Shown here piece by piece: positions 54,065 to 63,635 of a stretch of DNA of 64,000 nucleotides; position 1 is the stretch's first letter; every line of letters starts with the position of its first letter. The notes beneath the pieces are model-generated. The model ran no database searches. It saw only the letters and a list, made by a program, of their open reading frames with translations, and was not told where the DNA came from. The stretch is from Dehalococcoidia bacterium (lineage in GTDB: Bacteria > Chloroflexota > Dehalococcoidia > UBA2979). The stretch spans positions 512,001-576,000 of the forward strand of contig OZ253555.1 in assembly GCA_965262725.1 (NCBI GenBank), given 5' to 3'. A program made the position numbers and the translations under genes.

Positions 54065-54184
54065 ATGGCAGCCGAGACGGGGAAGCGCTACCGCTGCACG
54101 ACCTGCGGGGCGGAGTTCATCGTCACGCGGGGCTCTGCAGAGGGAGAGCTGCGCTGCGGCGGGGAGCCGCTGGAGCAGATCTAG
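54065..54184 (+). CDS. 39-aa desulforedoxin-like small protein
   Basis: MAAETGKRYRCTTCGAEFIVTRGSAEGELRCGGEPLEQI; AAGGAAG RBS. Confidence 0.75.
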   Translation: MAAETGKRYRCTTCGAEFIVTRGSAEGELRCGGEPLEQI

Positions 54185-54202
54185 CGCGGCGGGAGGAACA
54201 TA

Positions 54203-54346
54203 ATGGCGGTACAGCTGGGGAAGCGTTACCAGGACGAGTCGACCGGTATCGAGGTGCTCTGCATCAAGCCGGGCGAGTGCAATCTGAACGTCGATGGGCG
54301 CGGCATGGAGGAGCTCCAGCCGAAGGTCCTGCCTTCGGCGGACTAG
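54203..54346 (+). CDS. 47-aa small protein, paralog-like to the preceding one
   Basis: MAVQLGKRYQDESTGIEVLCIKPGECNLNVDGRGMEELQPKVLPSAD; GGAGG RBS. Confidence 0.75.
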   Translation: MAVQLGKRYQDESTGIEVLCIKPGECNLNVDGRGMEELQPKVLPSAD

Positions 54347-54365
54347 GACCGCGGGCCGGCGTCGA

Positions 54366-54395
54366 TTGACGGTCCAAAACGGCCCGGCCTACGCT
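54366..54395 (+). promoter_or_regulatory. Sigma70-type promoter of rpsU
   Basis: TTGACG-N18-TACGCT. Confidence 0.5.
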
Positions 54396-54445
54396 CGACG
54401 CGCGGTGAGGGGCGGCCGAGAGCCGCGCGAAGGGTGGCGAAACAC

Positions 54446-54658
54446 GTGGCGGAAGTGCAGGTTGGCGAGTCCGAGCCGCTGGACATCGCGCTCAAGCGCT
54501 TCAACAAGCGCGTGCAGGCGGACGGTATCCTGACCGACGCGAGGCGGCACGAGTACTACGAGAAGCCCTCCGAGCGGCGCAAGAAGAAGGAAGCGGCGAG
54601 GCGCCGCAAGCTGCGCAAGCTCCTGAGGCGAAAGAGCGACACCGAACTGCGGAACTAG
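54446..54658 (+). CDS. rpsU: 30S ribosomal protein S21
   Basis: ALKRFNKRVQ...RRHEYYEKPSERRKKK. Confidence 0.96.
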   Translation: MAEVQVGESEPLDIALKRFNKRVQADGILTDARRHEYYEKPSERRKKKEAARRRKLRKLLRRKSDTELRN

Positions 54659-54664
54659 GCGTCG

Positions 54665-54686
54665 AGCCCCGGAGCGATCCGGGGCT
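54665..54686 (+). terminator. GC-rich hairpin after rpsU (no U-tract)
   Basis: AGCCCCGGA-GCGA-TCCGGGGCT. Confidence 0.4.
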
Positions 54687-54703
54687 TCGGTGACCGGGGG
54701 CGC

Positions 54704-55153
54704 ATGGCGCTGACCAGCGACGTCCGGCAGGAGATGACCGCCGCGATGCGCGCCGGCGACGCGACGCGACGCGACGCGCTGCGCCTTCTGATCGCCGCCT
54801 TCCAGAACGCGCGCATCGCCGCCGGCCACGAGCTCGCCGACAACGAGGCGACGCGCGTCCTCCAGCGCGAGGCGAAGCAGCGTCGCGAGTCCATCGCCGA
54901 GTACGAGCGGGCCCGGCGCGAGGACCTCGCCCAGCGCGAGCGGGACGAGCTCGCCATCATCGAGGGCTTCCTCCCGGCGCCGCTCAGCGAGGAGCAGCTC
55001 ATCGAGCTGGCGCGCATGGTCGTCGCCGAGGTCGGCGCGTCGGGTTCCGGCGATCTCGGCCTGGTGATGCGCCCGCTCGTGGAGCGCGTCGCCGGGCGTG
55101 CCGACGGCCGGCGCGTGAACGAGATCGTGCGGGAGCTGCTCGGCGGCGCCTGA
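54704..55153 (+). CDS. GatB/YqeY domain protein
   Basis: EAKQRRESIAEY, FLPAPLSEE, GRADGRRVNEIVR; follows rpsU. Confidence 0.93.
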   Translation: MALTSDVRQEMTAAMRAGDATRRDALRLLIAAFQNARIAAGHELADNEATRVLQREAKQRRESIAEYERARREDLAQRERDELAIIEGFLPAPLSEEQLIELARMVVAEVGASGSGDLGLVMRPLVERVAGRADGRRVNEIVRELLGGA

Positions 55154-55223
55154 TGCATCCGGCAAGCCGCCCGGCTCGCCGCCGCTCCCCGGTTCCCTCG
55201 GGCGAGCGGCGGGCCCACCTCCG

Positions 55224-57407
55224 GTGAGTTCGCGGCGCGCCTTCACGGGGCGTCGCGTCGTGGTGCTCGGCGCCGTGCTCGCCGCAGCGCTGGTCGCCGC
55301 GCTCTTCCCCTGGTTCCCCGGGAGCGAGGAGTCGGGCGAGGGCAGCGTCGCCCGGCGCACGATCACCGCGCCGCGGGCGGCCAGCTACGAGTCGGCGGTT
55401 CTGACGGAGGCGCTGCGCCAGGAGGCCGCCTCAGCCGTCCCCGAGGTCTACGTGCTCGACCCCGGCGTGCGCGACACGCAGCTGCGCTCGCTCGATCGCC
55501 AGCTCGCGATGATCGACGCGGTGCGGCGCGACCAGTCGGTGTCGGCCTCCGCCCGCGAATCCGCGATCCGCGCGATCGACGGCGTGGACCTCGCTCCCCT
55601 GGCCACCGCGGCGCTCGGCGCGGCCGACGACGCCAACTGGCGGGACCTCGCCGCCGAGGCGCGCAACGCTCTCGGCCGAGCGCTGACCGGAGCCGTCTCC
55701 GCCGACGACCTGCCGAGCGCGCGGGAGCGGAGCGCGGGCTTCCTCTCGCCCCGGCTCACCCAGGGACAGACGCTCGCCCTCACCCAGCTGCTCGACCCCC
55801 TGGTGGTTGCCACGCTCGTGGTCGACCGCGAGCGCACCGACTTCGTCCGCGAGGAGGCGCGCGCGGCGCAGCTCCCGGTGGAAGTCGTCGTGCAGCCGGG
55901 CGACCCCGTGGTGACCCGCGATGAGCCGATCACCGCGTCGCAGGCCGAGGCGCTCGCGATGCTCGATCTCGTCTCCCCGGACGTGCGTCCCCGGTCGGTC
56001 GTCGCGACCGTGCTCGTCGCGCTCCTCGCCTCGGCTGCCCTCGGCGGCTACCTCTTCGTGGAGCAGCCGGCGAGCGCGGTCGGCGCCCGCCGGCTCATCC
56101 TGCTGGGACTCCTCCTGATCGTGCCCGCGATCGTGGTCAAGTTCGGACTCCCGCTGACCCTCCCCGACGACGAGCGGCGCTTCCTGGTGCATGCGCTGCC
56201 GCTTGCGGCGACGCCGATCGCGGCGGCCGTGCTGCTCGACGTCCCGATCGCCGTGCTGCTCGCGGCGCTGGTGGCCGCGATCGCCTCGTTCGTCGCGCTG
56301 GAGGTTCCCGGCACCGTCGGCGTCGGCGTGGAGACCCCGACCGAGGCGGTGCGGCTCGCGTTCGTCGTGCTCGCCGCCTCGCTCGGCGGCATCCTCCCGG
56401 CCGCGCGCGCGGAGCGACAGCAGCGCTACCTGATGGCGGGGATCGGGGCAGCCGCTGCGGGCGCTGCCGCCGCGCTCGCCACGTGGATGCTGGACGCGGA
56501 GCGCTCCGGCATCGATCTCCTCTGGATCGCGGCCACGACGACCGTGGGCGGCTTCCTGGCCGCGATGATCGCGGTCGGCGCCTTCGTCGTCTTCTCGCGC
56601 CCGTTCGGCATCATCACGCGCGTCGAGCTGATGGAGCTGGCGCAGCTCAACCACCCGCTGCTCCGGCGCCTGCAGGACGAGGCGCCGGGCACCTTCCAGC
56701 ACGCGGTGCTCGTCGGCAATCTCGCCGAGCGCGCCGCCGATCGTATCGGCGCGAACCCGCTCGTCGCCCGTGTCGGCGCCTACTACCACGACGTCGGGAA
56801 GCTGGTCGCGCCCTCCTTCTTCGTCGAGAACCAGACCGGGGAGAGCCCGCACGGGGGACTCGATCCCCTGCAGAGCACCCGCGTCATCCAGCAGCACGTG
56901 ACGGCCGGGGTGGAGATCGCGCGCAAGAGCGGGCTCCCGGAGGCGATCGTGCAGTTCATCCCGCAGCACCACGGGACGCTGCTGGTCGCCTTCTTCTACC
57001 GCCGCGCCGCCGAGCAGAACCCGAGCATCGACCCCGAGCTCTTCCGCTACCCTGGCCCGCGCCCCCGCACGCGCGAGGCGGCGCTCGTGATGCTCGCGGA
57101 CGGCTGCGAGGCCTCGGTCCGGGCGAGCGCCGACCGCTCCCCCGACCGGATCCGCACCATCGTCGAGGGGGTGATACGCGAGCGCATCGAGGAGCGGCAG
57201 TTCGACGACTGCCCGATCTCGCTGCGGGATCTCCGGGTCACCTCCGACTCGTTCGTCTCGGCGCTCGCGGCGGTCTTCCACCCGCGCGTCGAGTACCCCG
57301 AGCCCACCGAGCGCGAGCGCGCGGAGCGCCGCGGCGCCGCGGAGGCGAACGGGAGCGACGGCGTACCCGGGAGGGCCGACGGCGCCGCCGGGCCGACGCG
57401 TCGCTAG
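55224..57407 (+). CDS. 7TM-HD (HDIG) phosphohydrolase, PgpH-like
   Basis: Extracellular domain plus multiple TMs; EAPGTFQH, YYHDVGK, QHHGT, FRYPGPRP, MLADGCEA. Confidence 0.93.
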   Translation: MSSRRAFTGRRVVVLGAVLAAALVAALFPWFPGSEESGEGSVARRTITAPRAASYESAVLTEALRQEAASAVPEVYVLDPGVRDTQLRSLDRQLAMIDAVRRDQSVSASARESAIRAIDGVDLAPLATAALGAADDANWRDLAAEARNALGRALTGAVSADDLPSARERSAGFLSPRLTQGQTLALTQLLDPLVVATLVVDRERTDFVREEARAAQLPVEVVVQPGDPVVTRDEPITASQAEALAMLDLVSPDVRPRSVVATVLVALLASAALGGYLFVEQPASAVGARRLILLGLLLIVPAIVVKFGLPLTLPDDERRFLVHALPLAATPIAAAVLLDVPIAVLLAALVAAIASFVALEVPGTVGVGVETPTEAVRLAFVVLAASLGGILPAARAERQQRYLMAGIGAAAAGAAAALATWMLDAERSGIDLLWIAATTTVGGFLAAMIAVGAFVVFSRPFGIITRVELMELAQLNHPLLRRLQDEAPGTFQHAVLVGNLAERAADRIGANPLVARVGAYYHDVGKLVAPSFFVENQTGESPHGGLDPLQSTRVIQQHVTAGVEIARKSGLPEAIVQFIPQHHGTLLVAFFYRRAAEQNPSIDPELFRYPGPRPRTREAALVMLADGCEASVRASADRSPDRIRTIVEGVIRERIEERQFDDCPISLRDLRVTSDSFVSALAAVFHPRVEYPEPTERERAERRGAAEANGSDGVPGRADGAAGPTRR

Positions 57408-57508
57408 GCCCACGGGGGCGGGCTGGTACTGGCGCCCCTCGATATGATCGCTCCCGGCCCGGGCGGCGGCCGGCGTCGGGCCGGGGCGGGCTGTGGGCAG
57501 GAGTCCTC

Positions 57509-58222
57509 GTGCGAGCCGCGGTCGTGGTCTTCCCCGGCACGTGGAGCGACCGCGATTGCGTCCACGCCCTCGCAACGGTCGGGATCGAGTCCCGCCGCCT
57601 CTGGCACCGGGAGACGGGCATCGACGCAGACGAGCTCGTCGTGCTTCCGGGCGGCTTCTCCTACGGCGACTACCTGCGCTGCGGGGCGATCGCACGCTTC
57701 TCGCCGGTGATGGCGGCCGTGCGACGGCACGCCGATGCGGGCGGCCTCGTCATCGGCATCTGCAACGGGTTCCAGGTGCTCTGCGAGGCCGGGATGCTGC
57801 CCGGCGCGCTGATGCGCAACGATTCGCTCCGCTTCCGCTGCGAGGAGGTCCACCTGGCGCCCGCGAGCGACCGCTCGCCCTTCACGCGGGTCCTCGACCC
57901 GCAGCGGCCGCTGCGCATGCCGATCTCCCACGGCGAGGGCAACTACTACGCCGACGCCGCGACTCTCGATCGGCTGGAGGCGGAGGAGCGCGTCGCCTTC
58001 CGCTACGTCGACTCAGGGGGGTGCGCGACGCCTCAGGCGAACCCCAACGGCTCGCTCCGCAACATCGCCGGCGTGCTGAACGAGGGCGGCAACGTGCTCG
58101 GGATGATGCCCCACCCGGAGCGCGCCTGCGAGGCGCTGCTCGGCGGGGACGACGGGAACGCGATCTGGCGCTCGCTGCTCGCCGCGCCGGCTGCCCGCGC
58201 GCCCGGGGCGGCCGCGACGTGA
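57509..58222 (+). CDS. purQ: FGAM synthase glutaminase subunit
   Basis: PGGFSYGDYLRCG, GICNGFQ, MMPHPER. Confidence 0.97.
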   Translation: MRAAVVVFPGTWSDRDCVHALATVGIESRRLWHRETGIDADELVVLPGGFSYGDYLRCGAIARFSPVMAAVRRHADAGGLVIGICNGFQVLCEAGMLPGALMRNDSLRFRCEEVHLAPASDRSPFTRVLDPQRPLRMPISHGEGNYYADAATLDRLEAEERVAFRYVDSGGCATPQANPNGSLRNIAGVLNEGGNVLGMMPHPERACEALLGGDDGNAIWRSLLAAPAARAPGAAAT

Positions 58223-58271
58223 GGGCGGGCGGGCGGCGTACCGCGGTCCCGTCCCCGCGCGGGAACGGCCG

Positions 58272-60581
58272 ATGAGCGAGGACGTCGCGCCCGCCGGGGG
58301 CCCTGCCGCCGTCACCGAGGCGACGCTTCAGCGCATCGCGATGTCGCGTTCCGAGTACGAGCGGCTCCTGCTGCTGCTCGACCGCGACCCCTCGCCCGTC
58401 GAGCTCGGGATGGTCGCCGCGCTCTGGTCGGAGCACTGCGGCTACAAGCACTCGCGCTCGCTCTTCCACCACTTCCCGACGGAGGGGCCGCGGGTGCTCA
58501 CCCGCGCCGGCGAGGAGAACGCCGGCGCGATCGATCTCGGCGACGGCTGGGTCGCCGTCTTCAAGATGGAGTCGCACAACCACCCCTCGGCGATCGAGCC
58601 CTACCAGGGCGCGGCGACCGGGGTCGGGGGCATCCTGCGCGACATCTTCGCGATGGGGATGCGCCCGGTCGCCCTGCTCGACTCGCTCCGCTTCGGGGAG
58701 CTCGGCGACCCCAGAAACCGCCACCTCTTCCGGGGCGTCGTCGCAGGCGTCGGTGGATACGGCAACTGCATCGGCGTCCCGACCGTCGGCGGCGAGGTGC
58801 AGTTCGATCCCGGCTACGACGGGAACCCCTTGGTCAACGTGATGTGCGTCGGCGTGGGCCGCAGGGAGCAGCTGCTCTCCGCCTCGGCGAAGGGCGTCGG
58901 GAACCCGCTCGTGCTGGTCGGCGCCGACACCGGCCGCGACGGCATCCACGGCGCGACCTTCGCCTCGGTCGAGCTGGACGAGGACGCAGGCGCCCAGCGC
59001 CCGGCGGTCCAGGTCGGCAACCCCTTCATGGAGAAGCTCTTGATGGAGGCGTGCGTCGAGCTCGCCGAGCGGCACCCCGAGTGGATCGAGGGACTGCAGG
59101 ACCTCGGCGCCGCCGGCCTCACCTCGAGCAGCGTCGAAGCGGCCGCGCGCGCCGGCACCGGGATCACGATCGACGTGGACCGCGTCCCGCGCCGCGAGCG
59201 GGGGATGAGCGCCTACGAGGTGATGCTCTCCGAGTCACAGGAGCGGATGCTCGTCATCCCGAAACGGGAGCACCTCGACGACGTGCTGGCCCTGATGCGC
59301 CGGTGGGAACTGCGCGCCGACGTGATCGGCGAGGTGACCGCCGACGGGAGCGCCACGGTCTACGGCGCGGGCGGCACCGAGGCGCGGCTCCCGGTCGGCG
59401 TGCTGACCGACGCGCCGCTCTACCCGCCCGAGGCGCGGCGCCCCTCCGATCTCGACCGGCTGTGGGACGAGGACCTCGGGGCTCTCCCCGACGTGCCGGC
59501 ATCCGGTGACGCGGTCGAGACGCTGCTCGCCCTCCTCGCCTCGCCGAACATCGCGAGCAGGAGCTGGATCTACCGCCAGTACGACCACCAGGTGCTCAAC
59601 GGCACCGTCGTGCTCCCCGGCGGCGACGCCGCCGTGATCCGCGTCCCGGGCATGCGCGCCGGGCTCGCCGTGGCGACCGACTGCAACGCGCGCTTCGTGG
59701 CGCTCGATCCGCGCACCGGCGCCCAGATGGCCGTCGCCGAGGCCGCGCGCAACGTCGTCGCCACGGGCGCCGAGCCCGTCGCCCTCACCGATTGCCTGAA
59801 CTTCGGCAACCCGGAGCGCCCCGAGGTGGCGTATCAGCTCGAGCAGTCGGTGATCGGGCTCTCGGAGGCGGCGCGCGCGCTCGGGACGCCGGTCGTCTCC
59901 GGCAACGCCTCCCTCTACAACGAGACGCCGCAGGGAGGCGTGCCGCCGACGCCGACTATAGGGATGCTCGGGCTGCTCCCGGACGTCGAGCGCCACCTCA
60001 CGATCGCCCCCCGAGTCGGCGACACGCTCGTGCTCGTCGGTGCGCCGCTTCGGCAGGAGGCGGCGACGCTGGCCGGAAGCGAGTACCTCGTGCGTGTGCA
60101 CGGACGCCTCTCGGGGCGCCCGCGGATCGACCTCGAGCACGAGCGCTCCGTGCAGCGCCTGGTGCTCGACGCGCACGAGCGGGGCCTCCTCACGGCGGCG
60201 CACGACCTCTCCGAGGGCGGCCTCGCCGTCGCGCTCGCCGAGTGTCTCCTCGCGGCGGGCTCGGGCCCCGCGGCGCCGGGAGCCGGCCTCGTACGCGCTC
60301 CCGGCACCGACCTCGGCGTTCGGCTCGACGCCGCGCTCTTCGGGGAGGCGCCCTCGCGCCTCCTCGTCGGCGTCGCGGACGGTGAGGCGCTCGCCGCGCT
60401 CCTCGATCTCGCCCGGGTGGCCGGCGTTCCCGCCGCTCCCCTCGGTGAGGTCGTGGCCGAGGAGGAGCCGCGGCTCCGGATCGGCCCGCTCGACGTCTCG
60501 TGCGCCTCGCTCCGCGACGCCTACGAGGGCGGCCTGCCGCGTGCGCTCGGCGAGGAGGGGCCGGGCGGCCCGTCCGGGTAG
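58272..60581 (+). CDS. purL: FGAM synthase subunit
   Basis: WSEHCGYKHS, ESHNHPS, LSESQERM, DCLNFGNP. Confidence 0.98.
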   Translation: MSEDVAPAGGPAAVTEATLQRIAMSRSEYERLLLLLDRDPSPVELGMVAALWSEHCGYKHSRSLFHHFPTEGPRVLTRAGEENAGAIDLGDGWVAVFKMESHNHPSAIEPYQGAATGVGGILRDIFAMGMRPVALLDSLRFGELGDPRNRHLFRGVVAGVGGYGNCIGVPTVGGEVQFDPGYDGNPLVNVMCVGVGRREQLLSASAKGVGNPLVLVGADTGRDGIHGATFASVELDEDAGAQRPAVQVGNPFMEKLLMEACVELAERHPEWIEGLQDLGAAGLTSSSVEAAARAGTGITIDVDRVPRRERGMSAYEVMLSESQERMLVIPKREHLDDVLALMRRWELRADVIGEVTADGSATVYGAGGTEARLPVGVLTDAPLYPPEARRPSDLDRLWDEDLGALPDVPASGDAVETLLALLASPNIASRSWIYRQYDHQVLNGTVVLPGGDAAVIRVPGMRAGLAVATDCNARFVALDPRTGAQMAVAEAARNVVATGAEPVALTDCLNFGNPERPEVAYQLEQSVIGLSEAARALGTPVVSGNASLYNETPQGGVPPTPTIGMLGLLPDVERHLTIAPRVGDTLVLVGAPLRQEAATLAGSEYLVRVHGRLSGRPRIDLEHERSVQRLVLDAHERGLLTAAHDLSEGGLAVALAECLLAAGSGPAAPGAGLVRAPGTDLGVRLDAALFGEAPSRLLVGVADGEALAALLDLARVAGVPAAPLGEVVAEEEPRLRIGPLDVSCASLRDAYEGGLPRALGEEGPGGPSG

Positions 60582-60753
60582 GGGACGCGGCGCTGGGGCG
60601 CGCGGGGGCGGGGTCACCGCCGCCGCTGGCCGGGCGCCGGTCATCTGGCGAACGCGGAGCCGTCCCCGAACATCGGCACGGCGACCCGCGCGGCACCTGG
60701 TCCTCGGGGATCGGTCGGTGCGCCTCCCCGTGTCGCGGCGATCGGGCCCCCGG

Positions 60754-61182
60754 CTACCCCTCGTGCCGAAGCTGCTCGACCCGCCGCAGCACGGCCGTCA
60801 GGAATCCGGACTCGCACGCACGCCCGAGGGTGTTCTCGACGAAGCGGGCCTGGCGGATCACGACCGTGAGGAGCCGCGCGAGGTCGAGCGCGGTCGCCTC
60901 CTCGATCGCCCGGCGGTCACTCCCCAGCCGCCGCGCCTCCGGTGTGTCCTTCCACACGGGCCAGTCAAAGCCGGGGAGCACCCAGCCGTCGCGGTAGGCC
61001 ACGTCGTGGAACCGCTGAAGCGTGTCCGAGTACGAATACCAGGGCATCGTGAAGACGCCGGGCTCCTTCTCCTCTCCCCCCTCCCGGCTCCCGCACGAAA
61101 AGTCGGGGGCCTCGAAGGCGGGAAGGAGGGAGGCGAGGCCGTCAAGCTTTGGTTCGACCCACTCGGCCGGCTGATCGGTCAT
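60754..61182 (-). CDS. DUF6508-like hypothetical protein
   Basis: FDWPVW...LLTVVIRQARFVENTL...SGFLTAVLRR. Confidence 0.75.
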   Translation of the reverse strand: MTDQPAEWVEPKLDGLASLLPAFEAPDFSCGSREGGEEKEPGVFTMPWYSYSDTLQRFHDVAYRDGWVLPGFDWPVWKDTPEARRLGSDRRAIEEATALDLARLLTVVIRQARFVENTLGRACESGFLTAVLRRVEQLRHEG

Positions 61183-61281
61183 GGGGACCCCTCTTCCGGT
61201 GCCGCCCGTCGCGTCGTGCGACGTTGCGGCGGTTGCCGCTCGGGGCCGCGCCGTCCGCTCCATCCATCGTAGCGGCGGGGC

Positions 61282-61311
61282 TTGACCGGAACAGAACACC
61301 CGTTCTACTAT
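61282..61311 (+). promoter_or_regulatory. Sigma70-type promoter containing a LexA (SOS) box
   Basis: TTGACC-N18-TACTAT with palindrome AGAAC-ACCC-GTTCT at 61293-61306. Confidence 0.65.
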
Positions 61312-61556
61312 GCGCACACGTTGCCCCGGGGAGGAGAGGAGGATCGGCGCCGTCGGCGACCGGTGGATTGCCCGGGCAGTGGCTCGGGGCTACGCTGATC
61401 GCCGATCCACAGAGCCATCCACGCCGGTCACGATGCGGGGCATCCGATGCACCCGCCGAATGTTGACACGGCGGTGGATAAGGGAGCTTTCGGTGCCGGG
61501 GCCCCACCTACCGTGGGCTGCGTCCCGGCTCCGATATGCCGAGAGGGTGAGTCGAG

Positions 61557-62189
61557 GTGAAGGTCGTTTTTCTGGAAACCGTGGAGGGGTCCGGCACCAT
61601 GGGCGAGGTGAAGACTGTCGCCAATGGATTCGCCCGGAACTTCCTGTTGCCGCGCGGCCTAGCCGCACCGGCGACCGCCGCCCTCCTCGAGCGGGCTCAC
61701 GAGCTCGCCCGCGAGGAGGAGAGGCGCCAGCAGGCCCAGGACGAGAGTGCCGAGGGGCTGGCTAGCCGGCTCAGAGGGCACCCGCTCGTCATGGCCGTTC
61801 GCGTCGGCGAACAGGGGAGGCTGTACGGATCGGTTACCAGTGCCGACCTCGCCGAGAAGGCTGGGGAGATTCTCGGCGAGGAACTGGACCGCCGTCGCGT
61901 CCTCTTGCCCGAGGTGATTCGGAGCGTGGGGGTGTACTCCGTGCCGCTCCGGCTGTCACGTAACGTGATGCCGGAGGTGCAGGTGGTGGTGGTGGACGCC
62001 GAGGCGCCGGAAGGCGTTGAGGCCGCCGCCGAGGCGATGCTCCACATCGCCTCTGTGGCAGCCGATGAGGCCGAGGCCGCCGCCGACCAGGACGAGCCCT
62101 CCGTGGAGACGCCGATCGCCGACGGCGTATCGGAGCCGGGGACATCCGACGATGCCGCGCCCGCGGCGCAGGCGGGCGATTCGAGCTAA
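61557..62189 (+). CDS. rplI: 50S ribosomal protein L9 with acidic C-terminal extension
   Basis: VANGFARNFLLPRGLA, GRLYGSVT. Confidence 0.97.
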   Translation: MKVVFLETVEGSGTMGEVKTVANGFARNFLLPRGLAAPATAALLERAHELAREEERRQQAQDESAEGLASRLRGHPLVMAVRVGEQGRLYGSVTSADLAEKAGEILGEELDRRRVLLPEVIRSVGVYSVPLRLSRNVMPEVQVVVVDAEAPEGVEAAAEAMLHIASVAADEAEAAADQDEPSVETPIADGVSEPGTSDDAAPAAQAGDSS

Positions 62190-62192
62190 CCC

Positions 62193-63635
62193 GTGGTCAC
62201 GGAGCGACGTCCGCCAGCGCTGTGGCCGGACGCAGAGACCCGCTCCGCGAGCGGGTTGCCTCCGCATGACATCGACGCCGAGGAGGCCGTGATCGCGGCG
62301 CTCCTGCTCGACGACAGCGCCTACGCCCGCGTGCTCCCGATAGTGCAGCCGGGGGACTTCTTCCGCGAGCAGAATCGCTGGTGCTACGAGGCGGCGCAGG
62401 CGCTCGCCGGGCGCTCCGAGTCCGTCACCCTGACCACGCTGGCGCACGAGCTCGAGCGCGACGGCCGCCTCGACTCCGTGGGCGGCGAGCCCTACCTGTC
62501 TGAGATCCAGGGGAAGCACTTCACGGCGCTCGGCGTGGAGGCGCACGCGCGCATCATCGCCCGCGACGCGCTCTATCGCCGGTTGATCCAGGCCGCGTCG
62601 CAGATCGCCCAGAGGGCCTACGACGGCGGCCCCGACGTGGCCCGCGTCCTGGTCGAGGCGGAGACACTCCTGCTCGCAGTGCGCTCGGCGGAGGCGTCGG
62701 GCGACTTCGTGCGCCTCCGCGAGCTGCTCGACCAGTTCCTGGAGGACGCCGGCGAGCAGGTCGAGGGCCAGCTCGTCGAGGGCGTGCGCTCCGGCTTCAT
62801 GGATCTCGACGAGCTGCTCGGCGGCTTCAAGCGCGGCGACCTCGTCATCCTCGCGGCGCGGACCGGGGTGGGGAAGTCGGCGCTGCTCCTCAACTTCGCG
62901 CGCAACGCAGCCGTCGGGCAGCACGCGACGGTCGCGCTCTTCTCCCTCGAGATGTCGGGCGAGCAGCTCGCGGCACGGCTGCTCTCGGCCGAGGCCGGCG
63001 TGACCTCGACGCGCCTTCGTCTCGGCACGCACACCGAGCGCGAGGAGGCGTCGATCATGCACGCGTTCGGCGTGCTCGGTGAAGCCGCCGTCTACATCGA
63101 CGACTCGCCGATGCTCTCCGTCCCCGAGATCCGCGCGAAGCTCAGGCGTCTGCAGGCCGACGGCGGCCTCGACCTCGTCGTCGTCGACTACCTGCAGCTC
63201 CTGCATGGCAGCGGCCGCGCCGACACGCGCGCCGGCGAGATCAGCCAGATCTCGCGGACGCTGAAGGAGATGGCGCGCGAGCTGAAGGTGCCGGTGATCG
63301 CGGCCGCGCAGCTCTCGCGCGCGGTCGAGCAGCGCACGCCGCACATCCCGATGCTCTCCGACCTGCGCGAGTCGGGCTCCATCGAGCAGGACGCCGACGT
63401 CGTGATGTTCATTTATCGTGAGGACGTCTACATGAAGCCCGAGGAGTGGCAGCGCCAGCACCCGGAGGCGCCCGGGAGCCAGCACCCCTCCGGCCTCGCG
63501 CAGATCATCGTGGCGAAGCACCGCAACGGCCCGATGGGTTCCGTCTCAGTGCGCTTCGTCGACCGCACCGCCTCCTTCCAGGATCTGCTGCTCCGGGGGG
63601 AGGAGCCGCCTGGAGGCGGCGGTGCCGCGTGGTGA
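62193..63635 (+). CDS. dnaB: Replicative DNA helicase
   Basis: PPHDIDAEE, AARTGVGKS, FSLEM, VDYLQL, SDLRESGSIEQDAD, KHRNGP. Confidence 0.98.
   Translation: MVTERRPPALWPDAETRSASGLPPHDIDAEEAVIAALLLDDSAYARVLPIVQPGDFFREQNRWCYEAAQALAGRSESVTLTTLAHELERDGRLDSVGGEPYLSEIQGKHFTALGVEAHARIIARDALYRRLIQAASQIAQRAYDGGPDVARVLVEAETLLLAVRSAEASGDFVRLRELLDQFLEDAGEQVEGQLVEGVRSGFMDLDELLGGFKRGDLVILAARTGVGKSALLLNFARNAAVGQHATVALFSLEMSGEQLAARLLSAEAGVTSTRLRLGTHTEREEASIMHAFGVLGEAAVYIDDSPMLSVPEIRAKLRRLQADGGLDLVVVDYLQLLHGSGRADTRAGEISQISRTLKEMARELKVPVIAAAQLSRAVEQRTPHIPMLSDLRESGSIEQDADVVMFIYREDVYMKPEEWQRQHPEAPGSQHPSGLAQIIVAKHRNGPMGSVSVRFVDRTASFQDLLLRGEEPPGGGGAAW

Noticed and set aside
57408-57508. purS upstream of purQ
   Set aside because: The gap is only ~100 nt with no PurS-like ORF; the gene is presumably elsewhere.
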